From the NCBI GenBank assembly GCA_964035575.1, contig OZ037834.1, positions 1,860,001 to 1,924,000 of the forward strand: a stretch of DNA of 64,000 bases, given 5' to 3'. Numbering within the stretch: the stretch's first letter is position 1; every line of letters begins with the position of its first letter. Shown here piece by piece: positions 52,181-64,000 of the stretch. Position numbers and translations under genes: made by a program. The DNA is from Rhynchopus sp. YZ270_cl-10 (lineage: Eukaryota). The notes beneath the pieces were generated by a model that was not told where the DNA came from, searched no databases, and saw only the letters and a list, made by a program, of their open reading frames with translations.

Positions 52181-53169
52181 ATGTAGTGGGGAGAAGAAGA
52201 AGAAAATAAACAAAATGGTACCACCATTTGCAAAACAAACCTAAAAAACTACTAGCCGTTTCGAGCGTGAAACATTGCCTCTTCTTCGAGGGGTTATTAT
52301 ATATTTGTCGATACAAAGTGGGTTGGGGTGAGGGGTGGGTGAGGGCGGGCGGGGAAAAAAGAAAAAAAAAAACCAACCTAAAAAAAGCGTGGAGCTCACA
52401 CGAGAAAAAAAAGCGAGGTGCCTACACGTTATCAATTATTCAAAAAAAAAAAAAGCAAAAAAAAAAACTCTAGATTTGCAAAAAGATGCAAAACCCTTTC
52501 CCCTTCCTCTTCCTCCCCATTTTTTTTTTGTTTTTCTAAAATAAAAAAGCAAAAGTTTGTTGGGGCCCTTCACCCTCATTGTCTTGTGGGTTCGTGCGAC
52601 CAAGAGGAAGGGTCTCTCTGCCAACCCTTTTTCCACAATATATGGGACAAAAGTCGTCCTTATTCATTTTTAGAGGGTTATTGAATTCTGTTCCAAAAAA
52701 AAAAAAAGAATTCCCCTTTTCTGAGATGTGTATGCCCGTAAGGTACATTCATCCAACTATTCTGTTCCCTTTTTTTTTTTGGTCCGGCGTCTGTCAGTGA
52801 CATTCCTTTTTAAAGGGTGACAATGCATGATAACGCTGGTATCATCTCACCCTTTTTTTTTCACAACCTGTGTGTGCTTTTTTTCTTCCATCTTTTCTCT
52901 CAAAATCCCTTAAAGAAATTTTCACCCCTTTTTTTTTTGTAAATATGGTATCCTACTGTTATATCTGGGGGCGTTATGTGTCAAAAAAGCAAACCAGAAG
53001 AACATTTTTTTTCCCACAAAGTGTCAGTCCCTGCGTCCTGTGTCCCAGAGGCACGGTTGCACTGTCAACTTCTCCTTTTTTTTGGGGGGGAAACCATTTC
53101 TGAGTTGCCAACATAGTAGTGGCATCATTGAAATACTGATCCTACCCTTGACTGAAAAAAAAAAAAAAA

Positions 53170-53545
53170 CAAAACAAAACAAGAGCACAAAGCAAACATA
53201 ACAAAAACTTCATAAAAAACCCATTCAAACTACCCTCTCCTGACACAACAAAGATGGGTAAGAGCAGAGACTCCCGCTGTCTCGTCACTCTTTGTCCCAA
53301 CTCTTGGCAGAAGGTTACCGTTTTTTCCCCCCCCAATCAAGTTGATGAGTGTTGAATGCATGACAACAAGAGGAAAGTGTCGGAGAAGTCTTGGGTGAAA
53401 AAAAAGCTTGGTTGTGAGTTGTGAGGACAACCCCTACTTAGACATAAAAGAGAAAAAACAAACAAAAGCAAACATGTTACAAAACAAAAAAAACAAGAGC
53501 ACAAAGCAAACATAACAAAAACTTCATAAAAAACCCATTCAAAAA
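53170..53545 (+). repeat. ~55-bp direct repeat pair
   Basis: AAAACAAGAGCACAAAGCAAACATAACAAAAACTTCATAAAAAACCCATTCAAA at ~53176-53229 and ~53490-53543. Confidence 0.85.
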
Positions 53546-54518
53546 CCCCTCCGTAGTGGATACCCGGCAGAGCCGGGAGAATAACCCCACACCTCAGCAC
53601 TGCATCCAACCACCACACTCACTTAAATGTGTGTTGTTCAGTGGGCAGGGGGAGGCAGGGGGGTGGTGAAGGGTCTTCTAAGGAGAAGGGCACGCGATTT
53701 AGTACAGTAATCAGATTTTTCTCGATTTCCCCCTCCTTTTTCCCCCTATTTTTTTATCTTCTGGCACACACCTCCCAGAGGCGTCACAAAAAAAATTGTC
53801 AACTTTCTTTGTTTTTTTTTTTTAGTTCCATCACATTAGTTCGTGTCGTCCAGGCAATATTCCATCCTCTTTTTTTTTTTTGTGATTGATTTGTTTCTTT
53901 TTGTCTTCTGGGGTTCCAAAACCACGGAGAAGAGAAATGTGTGTGCCCCCGCACCCATCCCCTACCATTATAGGCGTTGTCTTGTGGAAAAATCTTTATT
54001 TTTCTTTTTGAAAAAAGTGTCAGTTGGCGGGTTTAACTGTTCGTTTTGGTGGGTGTAGTACCGAAAATCACGACTATCCTACCTTTTGGTCCATAGCTAG
54101 CTATCCTCAAATATTTTTTTTGTGGCAAAAGTATGTTTTGTGACAATTCGCGAAACACCCAGAGTATGATCTCCCCTTTCAGATTTCCTCTTTTTCTAAC
54201 GACAAAACAAAAATAAAACGGTGATCGCCGATACTGCAAAACAAGGCACCTCGCACAGACGATGGTTTTTCTAGCGCTGGTATCGTTTTCAGCATCATGT
54301 GTGTGTTTTTTTTCTCTTCTCTTTTTCTCTCTTCAGTGCCTTGAGGTGTTTGCACTATCAACTCATATTATATGTGTATTGGAGATACATCTTTCAACAT
54401 GTTTTATTTCTTAGTTTTTGGGGGTGGGGAGACGACACTAAAAAAACACAAAAAACGGCCAGACTACCATTTATGGGTCCAGGTTTTGCCGCTAGGGCTA
54501 GTACACGAAGTAAAAAAT

Positions 54519-54590
54519 GACAGTGGAGATTGCACATCTATGTGACAACACAACCCGAGGCAACTACACTACTCCAACAATTTATCAACA
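54519..54590 (+). repeat. Hairpin family E (GACAGTGGAG.TTGCAC...GGCAACTACACTAYTCCAACAATTT), representative copy
   Basis: Copies near 2525, 32254, 32952, 34205, 38833, 58751 and 63506, all on +. Confidence 0.9.
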
Positions 54591-56589
54591 AAAATAGAAT
54601 GGTATAAATGACCCCTCGATGCGCGATGGGTAAGCGCCACGCCTGCCCATCATAGGTTACAGTAGGAAAAACAGTAGCACAAAGGCTTCGCCCAACATTG
54701 AGTACACCCCTAATTGCCCAAAACCAAGGGAAACTTTTTTTTAGGCGATTGTCGACACGGAAAATGTGTGTATTTACATCGTTTCACCCTTTACTTCCTA
54801 CTAGTTTCTTTTTTGATTCTGTACCGCTAAAGTACGGATTTATCCAGAATAAAATGCATGCTTTTTTGGGGGGTTTTTTTTCCAGTGAAGAAGGGGGGTT
54901 TTCACTGAAAACCCCCTTTTATTTTAAAAAAAATTCTCTCTCTCTTTCTCTCTCGTGCTACTGCTACTTCAATGCTTTCCTTTTCTGACGCCTCCTTTGT
55001 TTTCCCAGTCAACGCAGTGGTTCTCTCTCAAAGAGCTGTGAGCTAAAAAATGGATATCTAGACTTTTTCTCTCCCCTCCAACTAACGGAATTGAAGCGCC
55101 CTAGAGATAACCCACGAGACAGAAAAAAATGAGAGGAAAAAAGACGGACTTCAAAAAGGCTCTCTGAAGGTGTGTGGTGGCAAAAAATCACAGAGAGGCT
55201 TTGATGGTAATTTTGTAAACTGTTTTTTCTCGTCAATGAAAAGAGCCCTAAAGGGAGGGGGTGTGTTTTTTTTGATGACTCCTACAGGTTTGCAAACCCC
55301 CCCTAACTGCCCCACCAAGAGTACCTCAGGCGATTGTCGACAAAAAAAAATATGTCCTCCGTTCTAAACCCCCCACCGGTAACCTAGATTGGGTTTTTTT
55401 TTTCATATTTTATCCCCTTTTCTCCTCTACCCCTCCCTTCTCGGTCGAAAGCGATGAGGAAGGGTGTGTGAGGGGATTCCTGGGGAAAAAAAAGCTTTCC
55501 TTTTGTGTTGTACCTGTATTTTGTTTTATTAGGTGTGTATGTATGTGATGATACATTTCATCTTTCAACCTTGTTCATTTTTTTTTCTTTTCTGTCCGTG
55601 TCTGTAATGGGAAGAGAAAGGTGGAGTAGCTAAAAAAGAATGGTGTTAGAAAAAAGCCCCAAAAACGGTAGTGTGTGTTTTTATTTTTTTACCACGCGTA
55701 GAGGTGTGTATAGGACCGTATACGCGCCTATATGGGGGTAAAAATCAGGTGGATAATTATTATACCAAGCATTGGCTAAAAGAGGAAATAGAATCGACGG
55801 AAGGTTGAGCGAAAGGGGGAAGACAGCAAAGAAAAAATGTTTGATTATTTTTTTCTCTTTGTTTTCTTTTTCATTTATTTTTTTTTGTCACAAAAAAAAT
55901 GTCAGATTGCATCCCTGGGAATCCGAGGGATAAAGGATTTATCGAGTATATCTTCGCATTATTTGGACTCTAGAAGGGGGTTGTGGTTGTTTTGAGCGTG
56001 TATCTCAGCTCCATAATTTTTTTCTTAGAATTGTTGTGCATGCAGGCAGACTGATCCTATCAGTTGAACTCCCTTTTTTTATGTTCTGGATGTGTTTTGA
56101 CATCAAATCATGGGTACTTCTTGTGTGGGATATTACCCCCTTTTTTTCCCCCATATTTTTTCTTCTTTTTTAAAATCTGTAGAGAGAGAGAGACAAAGAG
56201 ATACTGGATAGCAAACCTCCTTTGTCGGTGGTCTGTCCTGGAGTACAAAACTCTTCCGTTAGTTTTTTCAAAAAAAAAAATTTTTAATAAGAATCGCCCC
56301 CTTTGTGTTTGTTTTAGTTTTAGTTTTTTTTTTTATAATGTGTGCGCACGAGAAACACATTTCATTCAAGTATTCTCTTTTCTTTTATTTTTATATACGC
56401 CCCCCTCATCCCCTCATCCCTACATTCCTCAACTTCTCTTCCCCCCCCTCCACTCCCCCATGAATCTTTTTTTTATTGTAGCACAAAAAAAAACAACAAC
56501 AACAACAAAATACAAAAAAAAATAATTGCCCCTTCAACATTTTCATCTGCACATTTCGTTCGATTCCTCACATATTCCCCCACAACAAA

Positions 56590-58843
56590 TCACCTAAGAA
56601 TCCTGCCGCCAAAAAAGGCCGCACAAAAACCTGATGCAGAGTGCAGAGACGTCACCAGAGTAGCAAAAAAATAGTGCAGAGTAACAAAAAAACAGCACGA
56701 ACACGTTCAAGATCGACGGCTACCGCAGCTACACCCGCAAAAGAACGGCAGGCAGAACCAAAAAGACCAGTGCAACACATGGAGGCGGGATAGTAACACT
56801 GGTGCGTGACAAACATCCAGCCCAAGTCCACACGTTCTCGAAGTGGAAAGTCACAGAACGGCTCGACGTCACAGTGCACGGTATACGCTTTGTCAATGTA
56901 TATCGACCAAGCGCAGTGGGGGAGCAAAAGAACGACATACGCAAAGATGACTTCGACTGCGAAGACCTCCCCACCGAACAAGTAGTGATAGCTGGAGACC
57001 TCAACGCCCATCATGCGCAGTGGAGCAAGGCGATCCCGAACAAAACCGGCACAAAAATCCACGACTGGGTCGGTAACACTGACGGCATGCAAATCTGGAA
57101 TGACCCCCAAACTGCGACAAGGATTGGAAAATCCAAAACTTCACCAGACGTGGTCATAGCGAAAGGTGACAATAACAAAGACGAGACAAGAAAATGGCCG
57201 ATCAAATGGCGGGTTCTAGATAACGGCTTATCGGACCATCTCCCAATGGAATTCGAGATTGACAGCACCACACCACCTCCACCGAAGTACTCGAACATCA
57301 AACGGAGCGGGAAAACCCTGTGGGATTGGAACAGGGCCAGGTGGAGTGACTACACTGCAGAACTTGAGCGAAGTACTGATGCAACCCTAAAGTGGCACAA
57401 CCCCGCGACAGCGTATGCGAAGTGGGCTGGCATGGTGAGAAACATGGCACGACGACACATCCCGACGCATCGACGACGGCAAGCTAAGCGAAGGTGGTGC
57501 ACAGGTGCAGTACGCAAAGCAATGAAGCGCCGAGACCAGAAGATCGCGCAACTGCAGAAGCAGACAACACCACCCACACAAAATGATAGTGACTCCCTCA
57601 GCTGCCTAAAACAAAATGTGGCCACGGAAATCCGCGACAGCAAACGCACGATATGGGAGGCAAGGTGCGACAAGGCTGCGGGGTCCTCACACATCTACCA
57701 CCTACTACGCGAACTGGACGGCAGAGCCGATAAGTCGCAGCAGTACCCACTGACGGAGAACGGCACCACCATCACCGACAACACAGCCAAAGCGAATATA
57801 TTTGGTAGGCACTACTCAGACGTGAGCCGCAAAGACCCCACAGACACGGAGGACGTAGCCACAACACCGACGGACGTCCCATACCACGAATCAGAGCGTG
57901 CCTTTACAATGCAGGAGCTCAACACCATCGTGAACAACCTGGAAGACAACAAAACACCAGGCATGGACAACATACACAACGAGATGCTACGACACATGGG
58001 ACCGGAGGCGAGGAAGGGTCTCCTGCGTATCATGAACCTCTCGTGGAGTAGTGGCACACTCCCACTGGAATGGACGACTTCTCTACTGATGCCCATCCAC
58101 AAGCCTTCGAAACCGGACCACCTCCCTGCTTCGTACAGACCAATTGCACTGACGAGTACAGTGAGCAAGGTGCTCGAGCGCATGATCGGACACCGCCTAC
58201 ACCAGCTCATGGAAGACCCTGATGAGCAGTTCCCTAACCTCCACAAGGCCCAAGCAGGTTTCAGGAAAAAGAGATCCACGATCGACAGCATCGCACTGGT
58301 AACGCAACTGGCCAAGGACACAGTAGAGGAAGGGCGCAGTGCAATCCTACTCAAAGTCGACCTAGAGAAGGCGTACGACCGCCTCAAACGCAATGCAATC
58401 CTACAACACCTGCACGACTTCCCACTCACGTACCAGAAGTGGATTGGTGCATACCTCAGCAACAGACGAGCAGCGGCGACCGTGGCAGGTCACGTCAGCG
58501 AGTTCTACGACATGGAGGAGGGCGTACCCCAAGGCACAGTGCTCTCCCCCCTACTCTTCAACGTAGTCATGGCAAACCTGGCGAAAACCCTAGAGTGCGT
58601 GGACGGACATGTGTGCATGTACGCCGACGACCTCGCAATCCTGTGCATTGGCAACAACACCGACGAAGCCGCTTTATCCGCACAAAAGGCTATCGAAGTA
58701 CTTGAACGTGAACTCCCCCCAATGGGCCTCCGAATCTCCATCCACGAACAGACAGTGGAAATTGCACCAACTGTGGCAACACAACCGAAGGCAACTACAC
58801 TACCTCAAACAATTTTATCAAACAAACAAACAAACAAACAAAC
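56590..58843 (+). mobile_element. Truncated non-LTR retrotransposon (APE endonuclease + reverse transcriptase; Ingi/I-group-like)
   Basis: APE motifs GGGIVTLV, NVYRP, AGDLNAHH..W, PDV and SDHLP. RT motifs TPGMDNI, YRPIALTS, QAGFR, DLEKAYD, GVPQGTVLSPLLF and YADD. Homology stops at ~58750, followed by a family E hairpin and a (CAAA)n tail. Confidence 0.92.
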
Positions 58844-59014
58844 TTTCATATCCCCCCTACACACAACAGGAACACAGGGGTCCTTTATTTGTCAATTCTT
58901 TTCTTTTGACATCCCTCTTTTCTCTGACCACCTTTCCCTCCCTCTCCGAGATTTTTTCATTAAAACTCTATTCTCTGAGGGTCTTTCTTTTTCTTCAAAA
59001 CCCTTTTTTTTTAA

Positions 59015-62000
59015 ATGGCAACTGCCGATGAAATCTCTTGGTACCCTTCCTTGAAGGCGCCCCGCGGTACCGAATGGGTGAAACCGTTGACAGAACATTT
59101 AAAAAAGAATTTTTCGGCGGCAGAGGCGGATTCGCACAAGACTGTGATCCAAGATTTGCAGAAGCAATGTAAGGAGATTCGCGGGTGGAAAGACAAGGAT
59201 GCGACACCTGACAAAATCGAGGCAGTACTGCTTCCTTACGCCTCTCGGGTCATGCTCATTGCACAACGCTTCGCTGGGTTCAAAGGAATTTTCAAATGGA
59301 GCGAAACCCTCGTCCCCGGGGAGAAAACATCCCTTTCCCCTTACATGGAATGCCTCAGCACCGTCTTCTCCATTGGTCTCCTCTACATGAGACAAGCCGC
59401 CTCCGTCTCCGTCACCGACTCCGAAGGAATCAAAACCAGCTACCGTTTATACCTCACCGCTGCCGGGGTGTTTCAGTTCCTCCACTCTGGCTGCGACGAA
59501 ATATGGGGGAGAATACCTGCAGACGACCGTGGAACCGACTTAAGCGCAGAAGGAATAGAGTTTTATGCACACCTCTGCATAACCGAGGGGGTGCGGAGGG
59601 GGTATCTGAAAGCAGTCAAGGAGCCTGCCACCGCAGGAAAGCATTCTTTATTGACAAAGCTAGCGGGAGAGGCGGTAACGAAATATGGGGAAACCGTCGA
59701 TAAATTTAAAGCAATTCAAGCAAAGAAACCGGACGCTGATTCGCAGATCCTTGGCTACCTTTATGTATGCAAAGATCTGCAAACGGCACGTGGACTATGC
59801 CACATGGCTGAAGAAGCGCTTATAGCAGAAGAAATTGGTCTTCAAGTCTCCCTTCTCAACCAAGCACAACAACGTGCCTCTAATGTACACACTGCGCATG
59901 CTGCAGGAAACCTATTCCTTGCTAACTACTCGTATGTTGTTGCAGCGCAAAGAGAGAAGGCGGCATCAGAAAACAACAAAATATATGGCCAACCAGTCTC
60001 AAAGGAGCAAGCTGTAGTACCCTCATTGGGAAAAGACTTTGTTAAGGCAATCGCCTTCGAGGCAGGGCCCGCAAAGATTCTGAACCCACAGCAAGAGGTG
60101 TGGGGGGCGACGGGGCCTGCTGAGAGAGGGTTTGAAGCGTTGGTGCCTGCGCATATCGAAAGCGATGTTGAAAGCTGGAAGCAGGAGCTTCTGTTGATGG
60201 TGCGGCGTACCGAGCGGCAGTTACAAGAAGCCCATTCTGGAGCAGTATCGTCGCATGAATCGCAAACAATAATGAGTGGCTATGATTCCAGTGTATCCCG
60301 AAGCCTGCCACCACAGTTACGCGCGAAGATCAGCCGCTATCAAGCAGAGGCGAAGTCTGCAGGGAACTGCTACTCCTTCCTCAAGGACACCAGCGCTGCG
60401 ACCTTGGCCCGCTGCGAACAGGCGTTCGCTGCCATTGCAGACGCTTCGTCTGCAATGGACAAAGACTTTGAACAGGAGAAATGCGTCCGTACAGAGTACG
60501 GCGCCGCCCTCCCTGTCAGTGGTGCGCTTATGGACGACCTGCAAGAAATCCGTGGTTCCCTCAGTGAGATCAACACAAAGCTGGCGCGCAACAAGTCAGT
60601 GGCGGAGGCAATAGGCGGTACGCTAGACGGGGCTAAGGACCTCCTCGACCGCTTGGATGTGTCCTTAGAGGAAGTGGACGCAGCCTTGTCAGGGAGCGAG
60701 GTATGGGTGTGGGCAAGGTGTTTTTGCAAACGTCTTTTTTTTTTTTGAACAGGGTTCCAGTGCAGATGCGAGGGCCGTGCAGATCATCGCTGAGGTGCAG
60801 CATCTGTACCAGCAGGTGCAGGACGCAAAGTCGCTGCAGCAGGTATGCTAGCCCAAACCACACCACCTCCCCCAAGGCCAACTTTCCCCCGAAAAAATTG
60901 GCCTGAGGCCTGCCACAACCTTTGCGTTTCATGCCTTTCCACCACCCACCCCACACAGATCAGCTACGACGAGCTTCGCCAAGGGCCAGACACAGCAGCG
61001 CTGACGAAGCTGCTCTTGACTCTTGAGCACCCTGTAGATCGTTCCAATGCGGTATGCACTGTACCTATAAGCCAATACGGCAGGGTTTTTTGATTCCTTT
61101 TATCCGTAACTGTGATGTGGTGTTGGTTGGTGTACAATGCAATATGCTTCACTCCGCAGATGGAAGAATCCGCCGCACCCTTCGTGACGATGCAGGAGGA
61201 GCTGCTCGCCTCTGCAAAGGACACAGCAGCGCTGTGGAGCACCATACGCAGGCGTCTGGAGGAGCTGCAGCGTGAGCTGAGCCGTGGCCTTCCCTTGGGT
61301 GCCACTGCGGAGCGTGTGGCAGGGCGCCTGCAAGACGCGTGCACGCACTATGAGGTGGAGCTGAGGGATAAGCTTGTGACAGCACACAGCGACTCTCACC
61401 AACTCGCCGACACAGTTGACCGCATACGCACGCGAGTTGCGGAGTTCATTGCAACGCGCACGACAGACCGTGAGGGGCGGATGCAAGAGGTATGTTTTAG
61501 AGGGGGGAAGTGGTGCAAAGATGTTGTGATGTGTCAAACTGTTTAAACTATGCAGGCGGAGGTCGCAAAGCAGATGCAAGAGAAGGCCTGCCAGCTGCAG
61601 GCTGCTACTGCAGAGGCGGAGCGGCAGATGGAGGACACAAGGCGTATAGAGTATGTGCATGGTTAGTGTCAAATGCATACTGTTCACTTCACAGGGAGGA
61701 GTTGTCGAAGAAGAAAGAGGAGCAGGAGCGCCAGCGCCAGCATATGTTGATGCTGCAGCAGCAGCGTTTGGATGAGGTGCGTCGTGCGGAGGAGCACCAA
61801 CAGCGTCTCAAGCAGGAGCAGGCACGCCAGCAGCAACTCCAGCAGCAGCAGGCCCTCCGGGCAGCGCAGGAGCAGCAGCGGCAGCAGCAGCTCCAGCAGC
61901 AGCAGCTTCTTGCGCAGCAGAGACAGCAGGAGCTGCAGCGGCTGCAGCAGGAGCGTGCGCAAGAGGAGGAAAAGGTGCGGCAGGCGGCACAGCAGCAGCA

Positions 62001-62589
62001 GATACTTCTCCAGCAACGTGCGCAGCAACAGCAACAACAACAACAGGCTGCACTCCAGCAACAACAACAACAACAGGCCGCGCAACAAGCTGCCCAGACA
62101 GCAGCGCAACAACAACACCAAGCTGCCTTGCAACAACAGCAACAGGCACACGCCCAAGCGGCCCAGCAAGCTGCAGGGCAACAAGCTGCCCAGGCGGCAG
62201 CACAACAGCAACAGCAACAGCAAGCTGCCTTGCAACAACAACAACAACAACAACAAGCCGCCCAGGTTGCAGCCCAGCAAGCGACCCAACAGCAGCAGCT
62301 CCTCCAGCAGCAGATGCAGCAAATGCAGGTACAGCCCACAGCAGTGCCGCTCACCATGCAGCCCGCAGCACACCCACACTACCCACACCCCCCGCTCGGC
62401 AACGTCGCCCCCGCACCTCTCCACGCGTCGCCTGTGGCCGCCGTGCCTGCAATGTGGCCCACAGCAGAGCAGCCACCACCGCCACCACCGCCACCACAGG
62501 AGGCACTGTTCCACATGGACCCGAACCAGCCACCACCTCCACCGCCACCACCACCGGCAGAAGCACCAGACATGCTGCACTTCTCCTAG
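59015..62589 (+). CDS. BRO1-domain protein (ALIX/HD-PTP-like) with V-domain coils, Gln-rich and Pro-rich tail; multi-exon (59015-60700, 60753-60842, 60959-61051, 61160-61489, 61556-61650, 61694-62589 approx.)
   Basis: F.WSE, E..S.VF.IG.LY, AAGVFQFL, DLS and ENNKIYGQPV are BRO1 motifs; repeated GTATG..CAG introns; poly-Q and PPPP C-terminus. Confidence 0.85.
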
Positions 62590-62968
62590 ATGACACTTCT
62601 TCGCCTATCCCAGAAGGTTCTGTTTCGCTCAAGAGGAGCCTTGTAGAAGGGTACCAAAGTGAGGCTTAGGGTTCATCAACAAAAATATTTTTCGCTCACC
62701 ACACGTCTTTACTTTATTCTTAAGGCGCAAGAAGGCTGTGTTTTCATTTGCCATTTTTATGTTTCGTTTGGACCAGTGTATAACGTTGGCGTGATGTCAA
62801 ACGTTTTTTTTTATAGTAGTATGCCAAAGGGTTTCCTCAAATATAAAAAAACCCCATTTGGAGGCATTTCTAGTGTAGTGACCGATTCGAAAAAAGAAAA
62901 AAAAAATTCTTCAAATTTTTGTCTTTCTCCCCCTTTCACTGTAAACTATTCTAAAGACCTTTTTTATT

Positions 62969-63043
62969 CTCCGGGGGGTTCGATAACCCTGCGGAGTGTC
63001 AGTGCCTGCGTCTCTCAGAGGGCGTTTGCACTATCAACTTCAC
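62969..63043 (+). repeat. Hairpin family H+C (CTCCGGGGGGTTCGATAACCCTGCGGAG-TGTC-AGTGCCTGCGTCCCAGAGGCGTTTGCACT-ATCAACTTCAC), representative copy
   Basis: Two-hairpin copies near 12235 and 20250; 3'-hairpin-only copies near 4011, 12797, 19784, 21702, 39793, 43332, 45624, 48268, 48346, 53021 and 54334; all on +. Confidence 0.9.
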
Positions 63044-63256
63044 TTTATTCTCTTTTCTAGCTATGCCAAAAAAAAACCCCCCACCCCCATTACCCCTTTC
63101 TTGCGGGAGAGAAAACAATATATTTGGGCGAGTTTTCCTTCTTTTAAAACGCTTTTTTGTTTTGTTTTGTGTAAAGGTGACTCCCGAGTGAGAGTCTTTT
63201 TGATTTGACAGATCTTTCCTACCCCGTTTTCTTTCTCTGTTAGAGCGGAGTGCTTT

Positions 63257-63316
63257 GTGCTTTCATCCAAATGGCTGGCAGCGTACTGTGGGTCAGTCGG
63301 AGGTGCCTGCATCAAC
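63257..63316 (+). repeat. Family J (GTGCTTTCATCC..GCTGGCA..GTGGGTCAGTCGGAGGTG.CCTGCATCAA), representative copy
   Basis: Copies at ~4102-4165 and ~51586-51655, on +. Confidence 0.8.
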
Positions 63317-64000
63317 TACAGTTTTCTTGCTCTGTTATGTTTTTTATTGCGTGCCTTTCAATTGGCTTCTCTGAATGGAGGCATTGGGGGGGAAAAAGGG
63401 GTTGTTTTTTGAGTAGGAAAAGGTAGACAGTCGTAGCTTTAACACTATCCCCCCCACACACACATACACTGTTCGTTCTGCAAATTTTTGTACAAAAAAA
63501 AGTGAAAGTGGAGAGTTTGCACCACTGTGGCAACACAAAACCCGAGGGCAACTACACTACATCCAACAATTTAGCGGGGAAAATAAATATTGTTTTTTTT
63601 GTCGAAGGTTTGTTTTCCCCAGGTTTTTTTTTTTTTTTTTTGAAAATTTATTGAAGTTTTTTGGTTGTTTTTTAGTATAGAACACTAGAGTATGTGCTCC
63701 ACTACAACACCCTTCAGGTACACTGTCAACGCGAGGGCTTTGTATTTCAAGATACCTCCTCTTTACCTTCTTTTCGTTTAGAAAAGAAAGTATATGAAAT
63801 AAGATGCCCCCCTTTTTTTCTTTGAGGTGACCAAGAATGAGAGGCTCGAGGTTCATCTTACCAACCTTAGCAATGAAAAAAACAACTTTACTTTTGTGCC
63901 GAACTTTTCGGTTTTGAAAGACTCGCTGGAAACACCACAAAAAAGGGCAAAAACTTCAAAAAACGGGGAAGGACAAAAAAAAAAAAACCAAGGTCGACCG

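Noticed and set aside
56802..59054. Intact 750-aa retrotransposon protein
   Set aside because: The start is degenerate and the last ~100 aa are read-through of hairpin E, the tail and a pyrimidine tract; thumb, RNase H and C-terminal domains are missing.

Overview
Eukaryotic nuclear DNA, most likely from a diplonemid (Euglenozoa). The evidence is a euglenozoan-type LSU rRNA fragment, a BILBO1 N-terminal domain, all 13 host genes on one strand as in a polycistronic unit, and short spliceosomal introns with a near-invariant GTATG donor. Genes: a hypothetical protein, MsrA, a mucin-stalked multi-pass membrane protein, polyubiquitin, a cathepsin L-like protease, a TM-IQ-PDZ-EF-hand receptor-like protein, bacterial-type RNase HII, a TOG/CLASP-like protein, an ependymin-like protein, a BILBO1_N protein, an EGF-repeat TM protein, a single-pass TM protein and a BRO1/ALIX-like protein. 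There is also a truncated APE-RT non-LTR retrotransposon. The most striking signal is non-coding: roughly 70-80 copies (counted by eye) of about 8 families of 35-125 nt bulged hairpins. All lie on the gene strand, show covarying stems around an ACGAGAG/CCAGAG-type loop, share 3' ends (often CAAC plus an A-rich tail) and chain into arrays, and one is fused to the broken end of the RT ORF. Several MITE families, a 2.2 kb foldback element and a T-shaped branched palindrome are also present. All calls are by eye, without database searches.
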